NCBI GenBank assembly: GCA_021820245.1
Contig: JAKADT010000001.1
Coordinates: forward strand, 1-55,811
Reading direction: 5' to 3'
Source of the DNA: Thermoplasmata archaeon
GTDB lineage: Archaea; Thermoplasmatota; Thermoplasmata; Thermoplasmatales; Thermoplasmataceae
DNA: 55,811 bases
The translations under genes were made by a program, and so were the position numbers. Positions 30,348-40,013 of this stretch are shown in pieces. The notes under the pieces were generated by a model that worked only from the letters and a program-made list of their open reading frames with translations, was not told where the DNA came from and did no database searches. Each line of letters opens with the position of its first letter. The first letter of the stretch is position 1.

Positions 30348-31950
30348 ATATTGACGCCCTATATAGTCTGATAAATGCTCCGACTATGAGGAATATCAGC
30401 CCAAGACCAATACCATATAGTGAATCGTTGAAAACGCTGTTTATGGGCATAATGGAAATTTCAATGAAAATCACTATTGCAGCCATGGTAAAGCCACCTG
30501 CAGTCACCGTATAGGAAGACTTCTTCATTGGTTTGAACTGAATCTCCCGATCCTTGATCCTGATTCCGAAGATCATTGCATATGTAACTGCCATTCCTAT
30601 TGCCGTCACCATAAGTAGAAGTATCATACCGATCAGGTGAAGTGGAGAAGGCGATGCCAGCGATGATAGAATTAAAATCCCCGAACCAAAAGATGCAACT
30701 CCAGTTACACCAATTGAAAGATATATCTTTTCCGCTCCCTCCTGCAATTTCTGGTCTCTCATAAGTTTTGCAGCGTAGTATGAAATCAAAAAAACAAGTG
30801 CTCCAGGTACAAAGAAGAAGAGAAGCACGTATTCGTCAGGGATAGCGGCCCCAGGTGTCAGAGCTCCCCAAATGGAGAGACCAATCATATAGATTGTACC
30901 TATGATACCAAAGGAAACCGTTACAGGTCTGTCTCTGATCCTCAGTGATTCTTTTCTGTCCAGATACGGTAGGAGAAATAGGTAAACAAGCGGAAATCCA
31001 GCGAATATTACAGTTCCCCAGAATGGACCTATACCCTGTACCATGGTGAAATCAAGTGCCTTATAGACAAAAAGAAGGAACCAGGGCGGATAAGACGGGA
31101 CTGAAGCGGCAAGGGGACTCGATGGCGACACCTGAGGGAATGGTGAAAAGAGAGTTGGGGCTCCGGGTAAAAGTGCCAGAATCGATGGAATTATAATAAG
31201 AACACCAAATACCAGGAAGAGTATCTGAGTCATATACACCATATTGAACGGATACCATGCTTTGTACGTTCCATCATCCTTATCAATTGCAGGTGCTTTG
31301 AATTTAGAATCCTCTCCGGACGGCATTATGGTGTTATACTCTGCCATAAAGAAATGTATAAGGAAAAGCATACCTATACCAACCGTCAGTACAATGTGCC
31401 AACCTCTCATGTAAAGGAAGAGAGAAGTATCTGTCCCATTTCCGAAAAAAAGTCCTCTTAGGGATGTTCCTATAAATGGAACTCCTGCTGCAATACCTCT
31501 TCCAACATCTGTTGCATCATATGAAAGAACATCTCCACTCATTGAGTATCCAAAGAATGCCACACCCAAAGTCATAACAAGTAATAGTAAGCCAGTTAAC
31601 CACTGAAACTCCCTTGGTTTTTTGTATGCTCCAACAAAGAGATTTCTCAGCAGATGTACATATATCAAGCCAATCATCAGATATGCGCCGTATAGATGAG
31701 TTGTAATTATTATTGAACCAAAAGGAGTATTGTTAAGGAAATTTTCAGTACTACCGTAGGCATTGGTAGGTTCATAGAAAAATAGAAGAAAGAGTCCAGT
31801 TAAGACTTCATAAATGAAGACAACCATTATCATTGCCCCTGTCCAGTACCATCCGCCTCCTTTTTTTCTCATATAATCTGGCACTTTTCTAGGTATCGGT
31901 TGTGGGTCGTTCATTATTTTTTCAATCATTGATTCCTTTTTTCCCGACAT
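30337..31950 (-). CDS. Cytochrome b of Rieske/cytochrome b complex (SoxC/G/N-type, C-terminally extended)
   Basis: Four heme His (THLYGA...VHLLRN; WHIVL...IHFF), AYKKPREFQWLTG and the PEWY-equivalent PPWF. Confidence 0.93.
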   Translation of the reverse strand: MSGKKESMIEKIMNDPQPIPRKVPDYMRKKGGGWYWTGAMIMVVFIYEVLTGLFLLFFYEPTNAYGSTENFLNNTPFGSIIITTHLYGAYLMIGLIYVHLLRNLFVGAYKKPREFQWLTGLLLLVMTLGVAFFGYSMSGDVLSYDATDVGRGIAAGVPFIGTSLRGLFFGNGTDTSLFLYMRGWHIVLTVGIGMLFLIHFFMAEYNTIMPSGEDSKFKAPAIDKDDGTYKAWYPFNMVYMTQILFLVFGVLIIIPSILALLPGAPTLFSPFPQVSPSSPLAASVPSYPPWFLLFVYKALDFTMVQGIGPFWGTVIFAGFPLVYLFLLPYLDRKESLRIRDRPVTVSFGIIGTIYMIGLSIWGALTPGAAIPDEYVLLFFFVPGALVFLISYYAAKLMRDQKLQEGAEKIYLSIGVTGVASFGSGILILSSLASPSPLHLIGMILLLMVTAIGMAVTYAMIFGIRIKDREIQFKPMKKSSYTVTAGGFTMAAIVIFIEISIMPINSVFNDSLYGIGLGLIFLIVGAFIRLYRASIYGE

Positions 31951-31966
31951 TTACTTACCTCAGTTA

Positions 31967-32677
31967 TCATGAACCCTGAACAAGCACTGTTGTAGTGGTT
32001 TTGGACGGAAGCTGATTCCCACCAGAGAGATCGTTGGAGTGACCGTAAATGGTTGGTCCAACCATGTTTACAACCTTGTATGTATCATTAGTGGAGTCAT
32101 ATGAAAGTATGGCATTTGGGAGAGGTTGTGTTGTTGGACCGGTAACAACTGCAAAACCTTTGGATGGATCATAAGTACTTCCATGACAATCACAGTGAAC
32201 CAATCCTGGAAACGAGGCATCGGAAGGAGGATGGAATCTTATCTCAGGTGGATCACAGCCCAGATGCTGGCAGATGGCGCTTGATGCCACTATAGACCTG
32301 TAGGGCCCGACACCACCCGGAGACTGAAAACTTTTGCCAGTTGCAGGTACACTAACAGAAACTGATTCTATAGCCTTGTCATTATTGTTGGCATCTCCCA
32401 ATCTTAACAGGAAGTTTGGTTCATTTTCCAACGGGTACTGGAAGAGCACCACAGTAGGTGCGTTGACAGTAATATCTCCGGTTTTAATGGGAGAACCGGA
32501 ACCTGAAATCAAGATCAACGTTGGAAATGCACTGACAACGTTTGATGTCGAAGGAAGTAAATTCTGAATCACACCTCTCAGAGCTCCAGCCCCAACAAGT
32601 CCTACCCCCAGTACACCCATCATTTTAAGGAAAGTTCTTCTCCCTTCATCATCAGGGCCAGGGCTAATATTTGACAT
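31967..32677 (-). CDS. Rieske 2Fe-2S protein with Tat signal
   Basis: RRTFLK; box I CQHLGC and box II CDCHGSTY. Confidence 0.95.
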   Translation of the reverse strand: MSNISPGPDDEGRRTFLKMMGVLGVGLVGAGALRGVIQNLLPSTSNVVSAFPTLILISGSGSPIKTGDITVNAPTVVLFQYPLENEPNFLLRLGDANNNDKAIESVSVSVPATGKSFQSPGGVGPYRSIVASSAICQHLGCDPPEIRFHPPSDASFPGLVHCDCHGSTYDPSKGFAVVTGPTTQPLPNAILSYDSTNDTYKVVNMVGPTIYGHSNDLSGGNQLPSKTTTTVLVQGS

Positions 32678-32695
32678 TTGATTTACCTCCTGTCT

Positions 32696-33433
32696 TCACT
32701 GTACACTGACTGATCCAAGCATCCAGCCTGCGGTTGCCATTGCTCCGCCCCACCCATTCAGCTCCTGACCGCATGGTGCATAACACTGCCACAGGAATGT
32801 GCCTGTCTGGTTAAGGTAAAAACTTGCATGCGTAACTGCGCCTCCATCAGGGTTGATTCCCGCCCACGAAGGTATGTTAACCAGTATTTTGCCATTGTCT
32901 ATTATTGTGAACGTATGCGTGACTTCCCAGCCACCAAGAGTGTTGTTCCAGGGGAGTCCTGAAATTTCCCATCCAGATCCATGATTAATGGAGATGTTAT
33001 TTGTTGCATTTCCAGAGAGTGTTCCATTCTCAAATTGAGGTGTCCCGTTGTAGACATATCCGATGTTACCCACTGTTCCAATAAAATGGGCATATGTGGA
33101 GTTGTTTGAACTTCCGTTGACACCAATATTCGAACTAGCCCCACTGTCGTAATCTATGATTGTTATGGAGATGAGTCTGTGAGCAGGAAGAATTATATTT
33201 GCCGATGAACCAAGAGTTCCGTTAGGTTCCAGAACGTAATACGCTGGTTGTCTATGGTTTATAGTGGAATTGTGAAACCAGTTGTTTGGCGTTATAACCA
33301 ACGTAATGGACGCGGAGGGTTCAGATGTTGTAGAAACAGCTGCAACCGATTGATAGTAAACAGCGCCTATTCCAATCCCCCCAATAACAACAATTGCTGC
33401 AATTATGGAATAGAACGTTTTTTCAAAAGACAT
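32696..33433 (-). CDS. Membrane-anchored cupredoxin-like protein (sulfocyanin/oxidase subunit II-like, atypical ligands)
   Basis: N-terminal TM, HTFT, G-x-F-x-WQCYAPCG...M...WM C-terminal loop, many N-x-S/T sequons. Confidence 0.7.
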   Translation of the reverse strand: MSFEKTFYSIIAAIVVIGGIGIGAVYYQSVAAVSTTSEPSASITLVITPNNWFHNSTINHRQPAYYVLEPNGTLGSSANIILPAHRLISITIIDYDSGASSNIGVNGSSNNSTYAHFIGTVGNIGYVYNGTPQFENGTLSGNATNNISINHGSGWEISGLPWNNTLGGWEVTHTFTIIDNGKILVNIPSWAGINPDGGAVTHASFYLNQTGTFLWQCYAPCGQELNGWGGAMATAGWMLGSVSVQ

Positions 33434-33569
33434 TTAAAAAATATTGATAACAGCTATATTAACTCATTACCATACATATAAGGCTAAACGTATTTGAATG
33501 ACCGCTAATTCCAGCCGGCGAAAAGCCTTATATGGGATGATCCTGGTTCGACATAAGATCCACCATGGG

Positions 33570-34506
33570 AACCAGACGGAAAGAGTGCCGTAACTGATAC
33601 GGAGCTAAGAAAATGAACACTTCCGATGGTACATTTTAGCTGAATAAAACACAGTTAAGGGATTTTCCCTTCGAGACAAAAGTATTCAATGGGTGTGAAG
33701 ATAACTGAGCCCGTCGTATACTTTAATCTTACCTCTGGAATATCCACAAGAAACTACAGGAATGTTGTGGAATCTCTGGATTTAGAGAATGTATCTGCAT
33801 CGTACGTGTCATCCCTGTCTGCAGAATTTGATGTCACTGTGAAATATTTCCTTGAAAGATATCCATAGACAGGCCCATGAAGTTCATCTACATGGATGCA
33901 ACAAACTTCAAGGTGCGTGATGATGAAAAGCACAGGAACAAAGCACTGTGTGTTGGCATAGGGATAAATCTTAGGGAAGAAGGGAGATACTTGCGGTAAA
34001 ACCGTAAGATTCAGAATCTGAGGTAGAATGGGAATCCTTCTTCGACAACATGAAGGATCGTGGATTAAAAGGCATTGAATCTGTCATATCAGACATACAC
34101 AGAGGCATACAGACAGCTGTTTTGAAATCGTTTGTTGGTGCGGCATGGCAGTTCTGCCATGTCCACTTCCTTCGAAACACCATGAAGTTGATACCGAAGA
34201 AGAGGTCTTCTGTATCCCCCATAGTAAAGGAGACTCTCGAGAATGAGGATCTTCTGCTCACTGCACAGGAGACCCTCACTAAAGAATGACTTAAAGAAGA
34301 TTCGAATATGGTCGAGATATGGAACCATCCCTGTGCAAATATGAGAAATACCCTGAGAGGTTGAATCTGGAACCTGATAGAATTGCAAAGGGGATAGGCG
34401 CATTTCCTGATGATGAATCGATCACGGGAAGAAGATCTATGAACATGGAGGCAATTTGGAGTTGTGTAGGATCTTTTTGAAATTACAGCGATTCATGTAT
34501 AATATC
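33570..34506 (+). mobile_element. IS256-family transposase pseudogene
   Basis: Broken frames give RDFPFETKVF, SGISTR, FIYMDAT, DRGLKG-VISDIHRGI and WQFCHVHFLRN, with multiple stops and frameshifts. Confidence 0.88.
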
Positions 34507-34539
34507 GCCTTTCTGGAAAAAACGTCATGATATTACGTC

Positions 34540-34626
34540 ATGAACGCAGTCGGTAAGCGTTGTGCGGGAAAACAACCGGCACTGTTCGACTAGGCGTTGT
34601 TGAGTAACGCCGTCGACCTACTCTAC
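34540..34626 (+). mobile_element. Degenerate group II intron 3' end (domains V-VI)
   Basis: AAGCGTTGTGCGGGAAAACAACCGGCACTGTTCGA followed by a GGCGTT/AACGCC hairpin and CCTACTCTAC, matching the general DV/DVI layout. Confidence 0.55.
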
Positions 34627-34790
34627 ACCGTATCATTACGATTCAACTTCCAAAGATTGCTTGGAAACTCAGTAAAACAGTACGTTATCTTGAACTTATA
34701 GAGATAGAATAGAGTGTATGTATGTTGTACACCTGGACTCTTCCTGTGCAGGATCTTCATTGCTTAATGAAATGCGTTTAGATTTCTGCG

Positions 34791-35078
34791 CTACCTGAAA
34801 AGTGTGAACAGCCTGTGGTCAGAATCACCGTCAAATATTCCAAACCTGATCATGGAGTCAATCCAGCCGTAAGAATAATTTATTGCAGCAAAGGCATTGA
34901 TGAAGTCCTTTTTTGCGTAAAAGTATTTGGCATCGCTGAAGTAACTTGTTATCATCTCCATGGCATCTCTGCCCATGATTTCAGAATATGAATCTCGTGG
35001 AGCGATAATCCTGATTTTTTTAAGGGCTTCCTCTTCAATCTTTATGTATTTCTCAACCCTTGATTCCAATTCATCCAT
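34791..35078 (-). CDS. DUF357 family protein
   Basis: SYFSDAKYF...NAFAAINYSYGWID. Confidence 0.85.
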   Translation of the reverse strand: MDELESRVEKYIKIEEEALKKIRIIAPRDSYSEIMGRDAMEMITSYFSDAKYFYAKKDFINAFAAINYSYGWIDSMIRFGIFDGDSDHRLFTLFR

Positions 35079-35094
35079 GCTTTACCTGAAAAAC

Positions 35095-35406
35095 TTACCT
35101 GTATTTGGTATAATCAGCAACAAGATCCATGAGTTTTTTCTCAGTATCGTTGTCTATAAGACCCTCGCTGTGTTTTTTTGAGATATAATCCTTAACTTCC
35201 TTGGTCCCCTGCTTTGACGCAATGGAATAGACACTTCCCTTAATTGCTCCCTTGACGCTTTCAGGTAGTGGATCCACAATCTTACCCAGAAGAAAATTGA
35301 ATTCATCCGTTTTTCTCATATCCAGTTTCTTACTTCGTTTCTGTTTTACTGGATCCTGCTGATTCTTCTTCCTGAAATTTCTTACGAATTTTTTTCTTAC
35401 AACCAC
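35095..35406 (-). CDS. Hypothetical basic protein
   Basis: Protein-like 103-aa ORF, GTG start, TATA upstream, operon with DUF357. Confidence 0.75.
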   Translation of the reverse strand: MVVRKKFVRNFRKKNQQDPVKQKRSKKLDMRKTDEFNFLLGKIVDPLPESVKGAIKGSVYSIASKQGTKEVKDYISKKHSEGLIDNDTEKKLMDLVADYTKYR

Positions 35407-35477
35407 TCTGTATCATAATAATATATTATTTATAATTTCCCAAAACTTTTACGAATCAGCGGGAATTTTTTGTTTCA

Positions 35478-36497
35478 CTACCCCGTGATACGTATATATG
35501 CAGACATATGCCAGAGATTTGGAGCATAGGACTTTACCCTGTGCAGATCCTCAACCGAGCTTCTCCTGCCAAGTCGTCGAATCATGTAATTGATGCGGTC
35601 ACTGTATGTGTCAATTTCTTCCGATGAAACAAGGAAATGAGCTATTATTCCACCTCCGGATCTCAGTCTCTGGATTCCATGAATAATATAATCGATCGAC
35701 GAAAAGTTTCCCATAAATACCAGATCGCCCCTTAATTCCGGCTTTGTGACTCTACAGTCTCCCACCATCGCCTCTACATATTGGGATAGCCCGTTTACTG
35801 ATGCACTCTTTTCCAGGAATCTTATTGCTTCAGGATTTATATCCATGCAATAGACTCGGGCTGCGTCCGTATGTCTGGCTATCTGAAGTGAAAAATAGCC
35901 AATTCCTGCAAACATGTCAATAACAGTGTCACCTCCCCTGATCAATCTGAGGAAATGATGCCTCTCGTTTACATTACCCGGAGAATACATAATCCTTTCC
36001 GGATCGAATACATATATTACACCGTTTTCCAGATGTCGAGTTTCACCACCTTTACCCGCCACCAACTTGACTCGTGGAATTCTATTTCTTCCCCTGACTC
36101 CACCTTTCATCTCATAAACTGACTTACATTTAAGCACTTCCATGAACGCCTTGGCTATGGATTTTATCTGTTCCGTGTTATCGAGAAATTTAAGGATGAC
36201 TGAATCCCCATAGGTTATCCATCTTTTTGGGACTGATGATCCGTTCACGCCTGACTTTTCAAGAATCCCCAGAATCTCTTCATAAGGTTTCCTTCCGTTA
36301 ATCCTGGTGGAAAAATCGTATCTGGCCACTTCCATATTCCCTATTAAGTACCCAGGCTGTGCCCTAACGGGAATGCATACATAATTTCCATTTTGATGAA
36401 TCTTGAGTTTTTTCTCCACCAGGTTGTTTTTAAGGAGATATGAAACAATCTCGTCTGCTTCCTCCTTCATTACCGAAATACCGGGGTGGGATATCAT
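35478..36497 (-). CDS. taw2: Trm5/TYW2 family SAM-dependent tRNA modification enzyme (probably Taw2 aminocarboxypropyltransferase)
   Basis: HLENGVIY, MYSPGNVNER, DMFAGIGYF, DINP and RVKSYAP. Start trimmed to avoid overlap with hemC. Confidence 0.75.
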   Translation of the reverse strand: MISHPGISVMKEEADEIVSYLLKNNLVEKKLKIHQNGNYVCIPVRAQPGYLIGNMEVARYDFSTRINGRKPYEEILGILEKSGVNGSSVPKRWITYGDSVILKFLDNTEQIKSIAKAFMEVLKCKSVYEMKGGVRGRNRIPRVKLVAGKGGETRHLENGVIYVFDPERIMYSPGNVNERHHFLRLIRGGDTVIDMFAGIGYFSLQIARHTDAARVYCMDINPEAIRFLEKSASVNGLSQYVEAMVGDCRVTKPELRGDLVFMGNFSSIDYIIHGIQRLRSGGGIIAHFLVSSEEIDTYSDRINYMIRRLGRRSSVEDLHRVKSYAPNLWHMSAYIRITG

Positions 36498-36576
36498 CAC
36501 TTCAGGTATTCCCAAGAAGTAAATATTCATATTCAATTCAGTGACATGTGGAGCATGGTTTTGGGGGTGGCCAGTA

Positions 36577-37500
36577 ATGGATAAGGATTCTGAATTGAGC
36601 ATAACGCTTGGAACCAGATCCAGTGATCTGGCAATGTCCCAGACAGGTATAGTTAGAAAAAAACTGCATTCATCTGGAATCAATTCCACAGTCCTTAAAC
36701 TAAGATCAAGGGGGGATGCTGACCTGAATATCCCTCTTTACAAAATGAAGGGAAATGGAGTTTTTGTGGACGAATTAAACAGTAAGGTTTTGGATGGTAC
36801 GGTGGATGCGGTTGTTCACAGTGCAAAAGATGTACCGTCTGTAATTGATTCAGGACTTGAAATTTCTGCCGTCATGGAAAGGGCTTCCCCAGAAGATGTA
36901 CTGATTTCTGCAGTTCCACTACACAGAATGCCTGAGGGAGCAATCATAGGAACATCGAGCATCCGCAGAATACGGTCCCTGGAATGCTCAAACCGGAATA
37001 TCAGAACAGCTGACATAAGAGGAAACGTTGACAGCAGGATTCGTAAACTTAAGACTGGTGAATACGATGGAATAGTTCTGGCCCGAGCGGGCCTTGAAAG
37101 ACTTGGAATAAATGAAAATTCCTACCCTCTTCCACTTGATGAGTTCGTGCCTGCCCCGAACCAGGGAATAATATGCGTAATATCCCTGAAAAACTCCAAT
37201 ATTTCAAGACTTATGAAAACCATATCACATGAACAGACAATGGAGGAGATGAGGTTTGAAAGAATGATTGTTGAAAGTCTTGATCTTGGCTGTTCTGTTC
37301 CGGCAGGCATACTCTGCAGAAAAGAGATCGACAGATATGTGTTAACGGTGAGGTTTTATTCGCTTAATGACAGAAGATCCATTTTCCTGAAAAACGAGGT
37401 GAAGGGTTATGAGGACGTTGAGGCAGTTGTGGATAACATAAGAAGTATGTTCCCCAGTGATTTCGGATACCAGCTTGGTGGTAGATCTGGAAAAAAGTAA
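36577..37500 (+). CDS. hemC: Hydroxymethylbilane synthase
   Basis: GTRSSDLA, VHSAKDVP, GTSSIRR, IRGNVDSR and LGCSVP. Confidence 0.96.
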   Translation: MDKDSELSITLGTRSSDLAMSQTGIVRKKLHSSGINSTVLKLRSRGDADLNIPLYKMKGNGVFVDELNSKVLDGTVDAVVHSAKDVPSVIDSGLEISAVMERASPEDVLISAVPLHRMPEGAIIGTSSIRRIRSLECSNRNIRTADIRGNVDSRIRKLKTGEYDGIVLARAGLERLGINENSYPLPLDEFVPAPNQGIICVISLKNSNISRLMKTISHEQTMEEMRFERMIVESLDLGCSVPAGILCRKEIDRYVLTVRFYSLNDRRSIFLKNEVKGYEDVEAVVDNIRSMFPSDFGYQLGGRSGKK

Positions 37501-38224
37501 AATAATCCTCACAAGACCGGCAGAGAAATTCTCTCCTGTAAATGGACCTCACTGTTTTGAATATGTGAACGTACCGCTTACAGAGACCATCCCCAGATCA
37601 GACATCCATGAGATTATGACGAGCATAAAGAATTATGACCCAAAAATCCTGGTGTTCACAAGTACTGTTGGGGTGGATATTTTCTTTTCATTTTGCAGGA
37701 AACCGAATCCTGAATATATTTTCGTGGCCATTGGAACATCCACTCTGAAGCGAATAGAGAGTCACAGATTTCACGGAGTCTGCCCCGAAGTAATGGATTC
37801 ATCTGGTCTCGGTAGACTTATTTTTGATATTCAAAGGGGTAATGAAAGAGTTGCGCTTTTAAGAAGTAACAGATCTGGTAAGGAACTGCCTGAATTACTT
37901 GCTTCGGGTGGCATAGACTTCATGGAGTTCACACTTTATGACATACTTGAAGTTAAAAATAACAAGCTTGAGGATTTTATTATGAAAAATAAAGTGTTCG
38001 GAATTATAGTTACCTCATCACTGGAAGCGAGTATTCTTGCAAAATTTCACAGGGAAATGATAAATGACAGAAATATCGTTCTTTTCCCAATCGGGGTGCC
38101 AACGGAAAGGGCTATGATATCAGCGGGATTTAAGAATTTGGGGATAAAAGGCGAGTCCAATGTTGAGATGCTGATCCACAAAATTGAAAAAGAAAACTGT
38201 ACCCATAGCGGGGAATGGATTTGA
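37457..38224 (+). CDS. hemD: Uroporphyrinogen-III synthase
   Basis: ILTRP, VFTSTVGV, AIGTST, VTSS and PIGVPT; follows hemC. Start may be ~37478. Confidence 0.88.
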   Translation: MISDTSLVVDLEKSKIILTRPAEKFSPVNGPHCFEYVNVPLTETIPRSDIHEIMTSIKNYDPKILVFTSTVGVDIFFSFCRKPNPEYIFVAIGTSTLKRIESHRFHGVCPEVMDSSGLGRLIFDIQRGNERVALLRSNRSGKELPELLASGGIDFMEFTLYDILEVKNNKLEDFIMKNKVFGIIVTSSLEASILAKFHREMINDRNIVLFPIGVPTERAMISAGFKNLGIKGESNVEMLIHKIEKENCTHSGEWI

Positions 38225-38280
38225 ACCATTGATCTACGGGTTATGAGCCCGTCGGGATTTCCTAACTACCCCACCCCGCT
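38206..38280 (-). tRNA. tRNA-iMet (CAT), initiator
   Basis: Reverse complement AGCGGGGTGGGGTAG...CGGGCTCATAACCCG...TTCAAATCCATTCCCCGCTA; A1:U72 pair and three G-C pairs in the anticodon stem; no encoded CCA. Confidence 0.95.
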
Positions 38281-38323
38281 TCCTGAGGTTATTGTAAGAA
38301 CCAATATAATGTTTTTTGACCTG

Positions 38324-38899
38324 TTAACCAAATGTTTCCTCAATTCTCTTGAACTTGATTTCCTTTGCCTTGTTCTCAAGATAGGTGTAAACGCTTCTCT
38401 GTTTCCTGCCATTTATGAGCATCAGAACTGATTCTTTGGAATACTGAGCTGACACATAATCACCCATTATGGATACTGTATCACCGTAAACTGAGATATA
38501 TGTGGAGGTGAGGTCCTCGATAATTGATCTTGTCCTTCCAGCTTTTCCTATGAGTCTTCCCTTTATTTCATTGATTCTCTTTGAACCGGGTTTTGCAAAC
38601 TCCCTCAGTGAAATAACAATTAGCTGAAAGTTTTCATCCATTAGTCCAAGAGCCTTTTCTGGATTGAAGCCTCTTCCAACGGCCTGAATAACGTTAAGGG
38701 AAAGATTCGCCTTCAGAGGATCTCCATGCTGTTCAACATCAACATCTCCTGTTTCAGAATCTATAATAAGCCTAACCTGGGCAACTTTCTCGATTTCTCT
38801 TTTAGTTGAACCGTTCTTACCTATAAGGATGGCAATTCTCTCCCTGGGTATCTTCACCGTACCAACCATAACTGGATCATTGTTTTCCAAAAACTGCAT
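38324..38899 (-). CDS. KH-domain pre-rRNA processing protein (Dim2/Pno1/Krr1-like)
   Basis: LIGKNG, GRGFNPEKA and KGRLIGKAGRTR. Confidence 0.92.
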   Translation of the reverse strand: MQFLENNDPVMVGTVKIPRERIAILIGKNGSTKREIEKVAQVRLIIDSETGDVDVEQHGDPLKANLSLNVIQAVGRGFNPEKALGLMDENFQLIVISLREFAKPGSKRINEIKGRLIGKAGRTRSIIEDLTSTYISVYGDTVSIMGDYVSAQYSKESVLMLINGRKQRSVYTYLENKAKEIKFKRIEETFG

Positions 38900-39446
38900 C
38901 TCCCCTAATATGACAACATAATTTTTACTTCCTTAATAAGATTGAGTGTCCTGGTATCCTCACCGGCAAATACCGGTGTTCACTGTTTCAAGAATTGAAA
39001 TTGTCCCCAGTGGTAAGGTCTCTGTTTGCATCGTTGAAATCCAGGATTTCACTCTCCATATGTATCCCACATCCAACGTTTTCCAGTATCTCTCTCCTCA
39101 TGTCTGTTGCTTTGTTCGTGTTTCTGTCCGTGTATTGTCCCGGGTCATTAAGGCTGTACCTGCAGTCTTCCAGGTTCTTGTGGAAAATGCCTATGGCATA
39201 ACGGGGAATACCTGATTCCAGTGCTGACTGACCTGAAAGGTGAGGTACTTTATTTGATATTATGGAAGGTGATCCTTTGCCCGGGAACAGGTCATGGATT
39301 ATATGCGTGATTCGGGTAACAAACGCTGTGATAGATTTCGCTCACTTGATGTGAAATGAGGATTTCTGATATCGTATAATGAACCTGCAAATTTAATTCA
39401 CCTAAAACTTGTGAAAACGTTTTGAATATGCTGTCGATGTGGTTCA

Positions 39447-40013
39447 ATGGAAGGACTTCAGCTGAAAGTTACCAGGGACATAACACTGAAAAACGTGGTG
39501 ATGGAAGATGCCCTTGATCTGTTTGACCTTGTGGACAGGTCGAGGGAATACCTTGGCCAATGGCTTCCATGGGTTAAAAACACAGTTGACATTGAAAGTG
39601 AACTTTCGTTCATAAGAAACTCGATGCAGAGGATGGAATTTGGCATAGGCCTTGACATGGGTATCTGGTTCCATGAAAAACTTGCCGGAATCATCGGATT
39701 CAATAATATAGATCTTAACAACATGAAAGGGACTATTGGTTATTTTATCGGGCAAAAGTATCAGGGAAATGGAATAATGATATCAAGCTGCAGGACACTG
39801 GTAAATTATGGATTCCACAAGATTGGCCTTAACAAGATAGTGATAAGATGTGCCTCAGAGAACATTAAAAGCAGAAGAATTCCGGAAAAACTCGGATTCA
39901 CGGTTGAAGGTATACTCAGGGAAGAAGAACTGCTTTCTTCGGGATACGTGAACCATTACTATTATGGAATGATCAGGAGGGACTGGGATCAGGCAGGGAC
40001 TATGGTTGAATAG
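39447..40013 (+). CDS. GNAT N-acetyltransferase, RimJ/RimL family
   Basis: REYLGQWLPWV, IGYFIGQKYQGNGIM and NIKSRRIPEKLGF-EG-LRE. Confidence 0.93.
   Translation: MEGLQLKVTRDITLKNVVMEDALDLFDLVDRSREYLGQWLPWVKNTVDIESELSFIRNSMQRMEFGIGLDMGIWFHEKLAGIIGFNNIDLNNMKGTIGYFIGQKYQGNGIMISSCRTLVNYGFHKIGLNKIVIRCASENIKSRRIPEKLGFTVEGILREEELLSSGYVNHYYYGMIRRDWDQAGTMVE

Noticed and set aside
38946-39360. Short ORFs between the KH gene and the GNAT gene
   Set aside because: They look like decayed coding DNA, but no family could be recognised in any frame.
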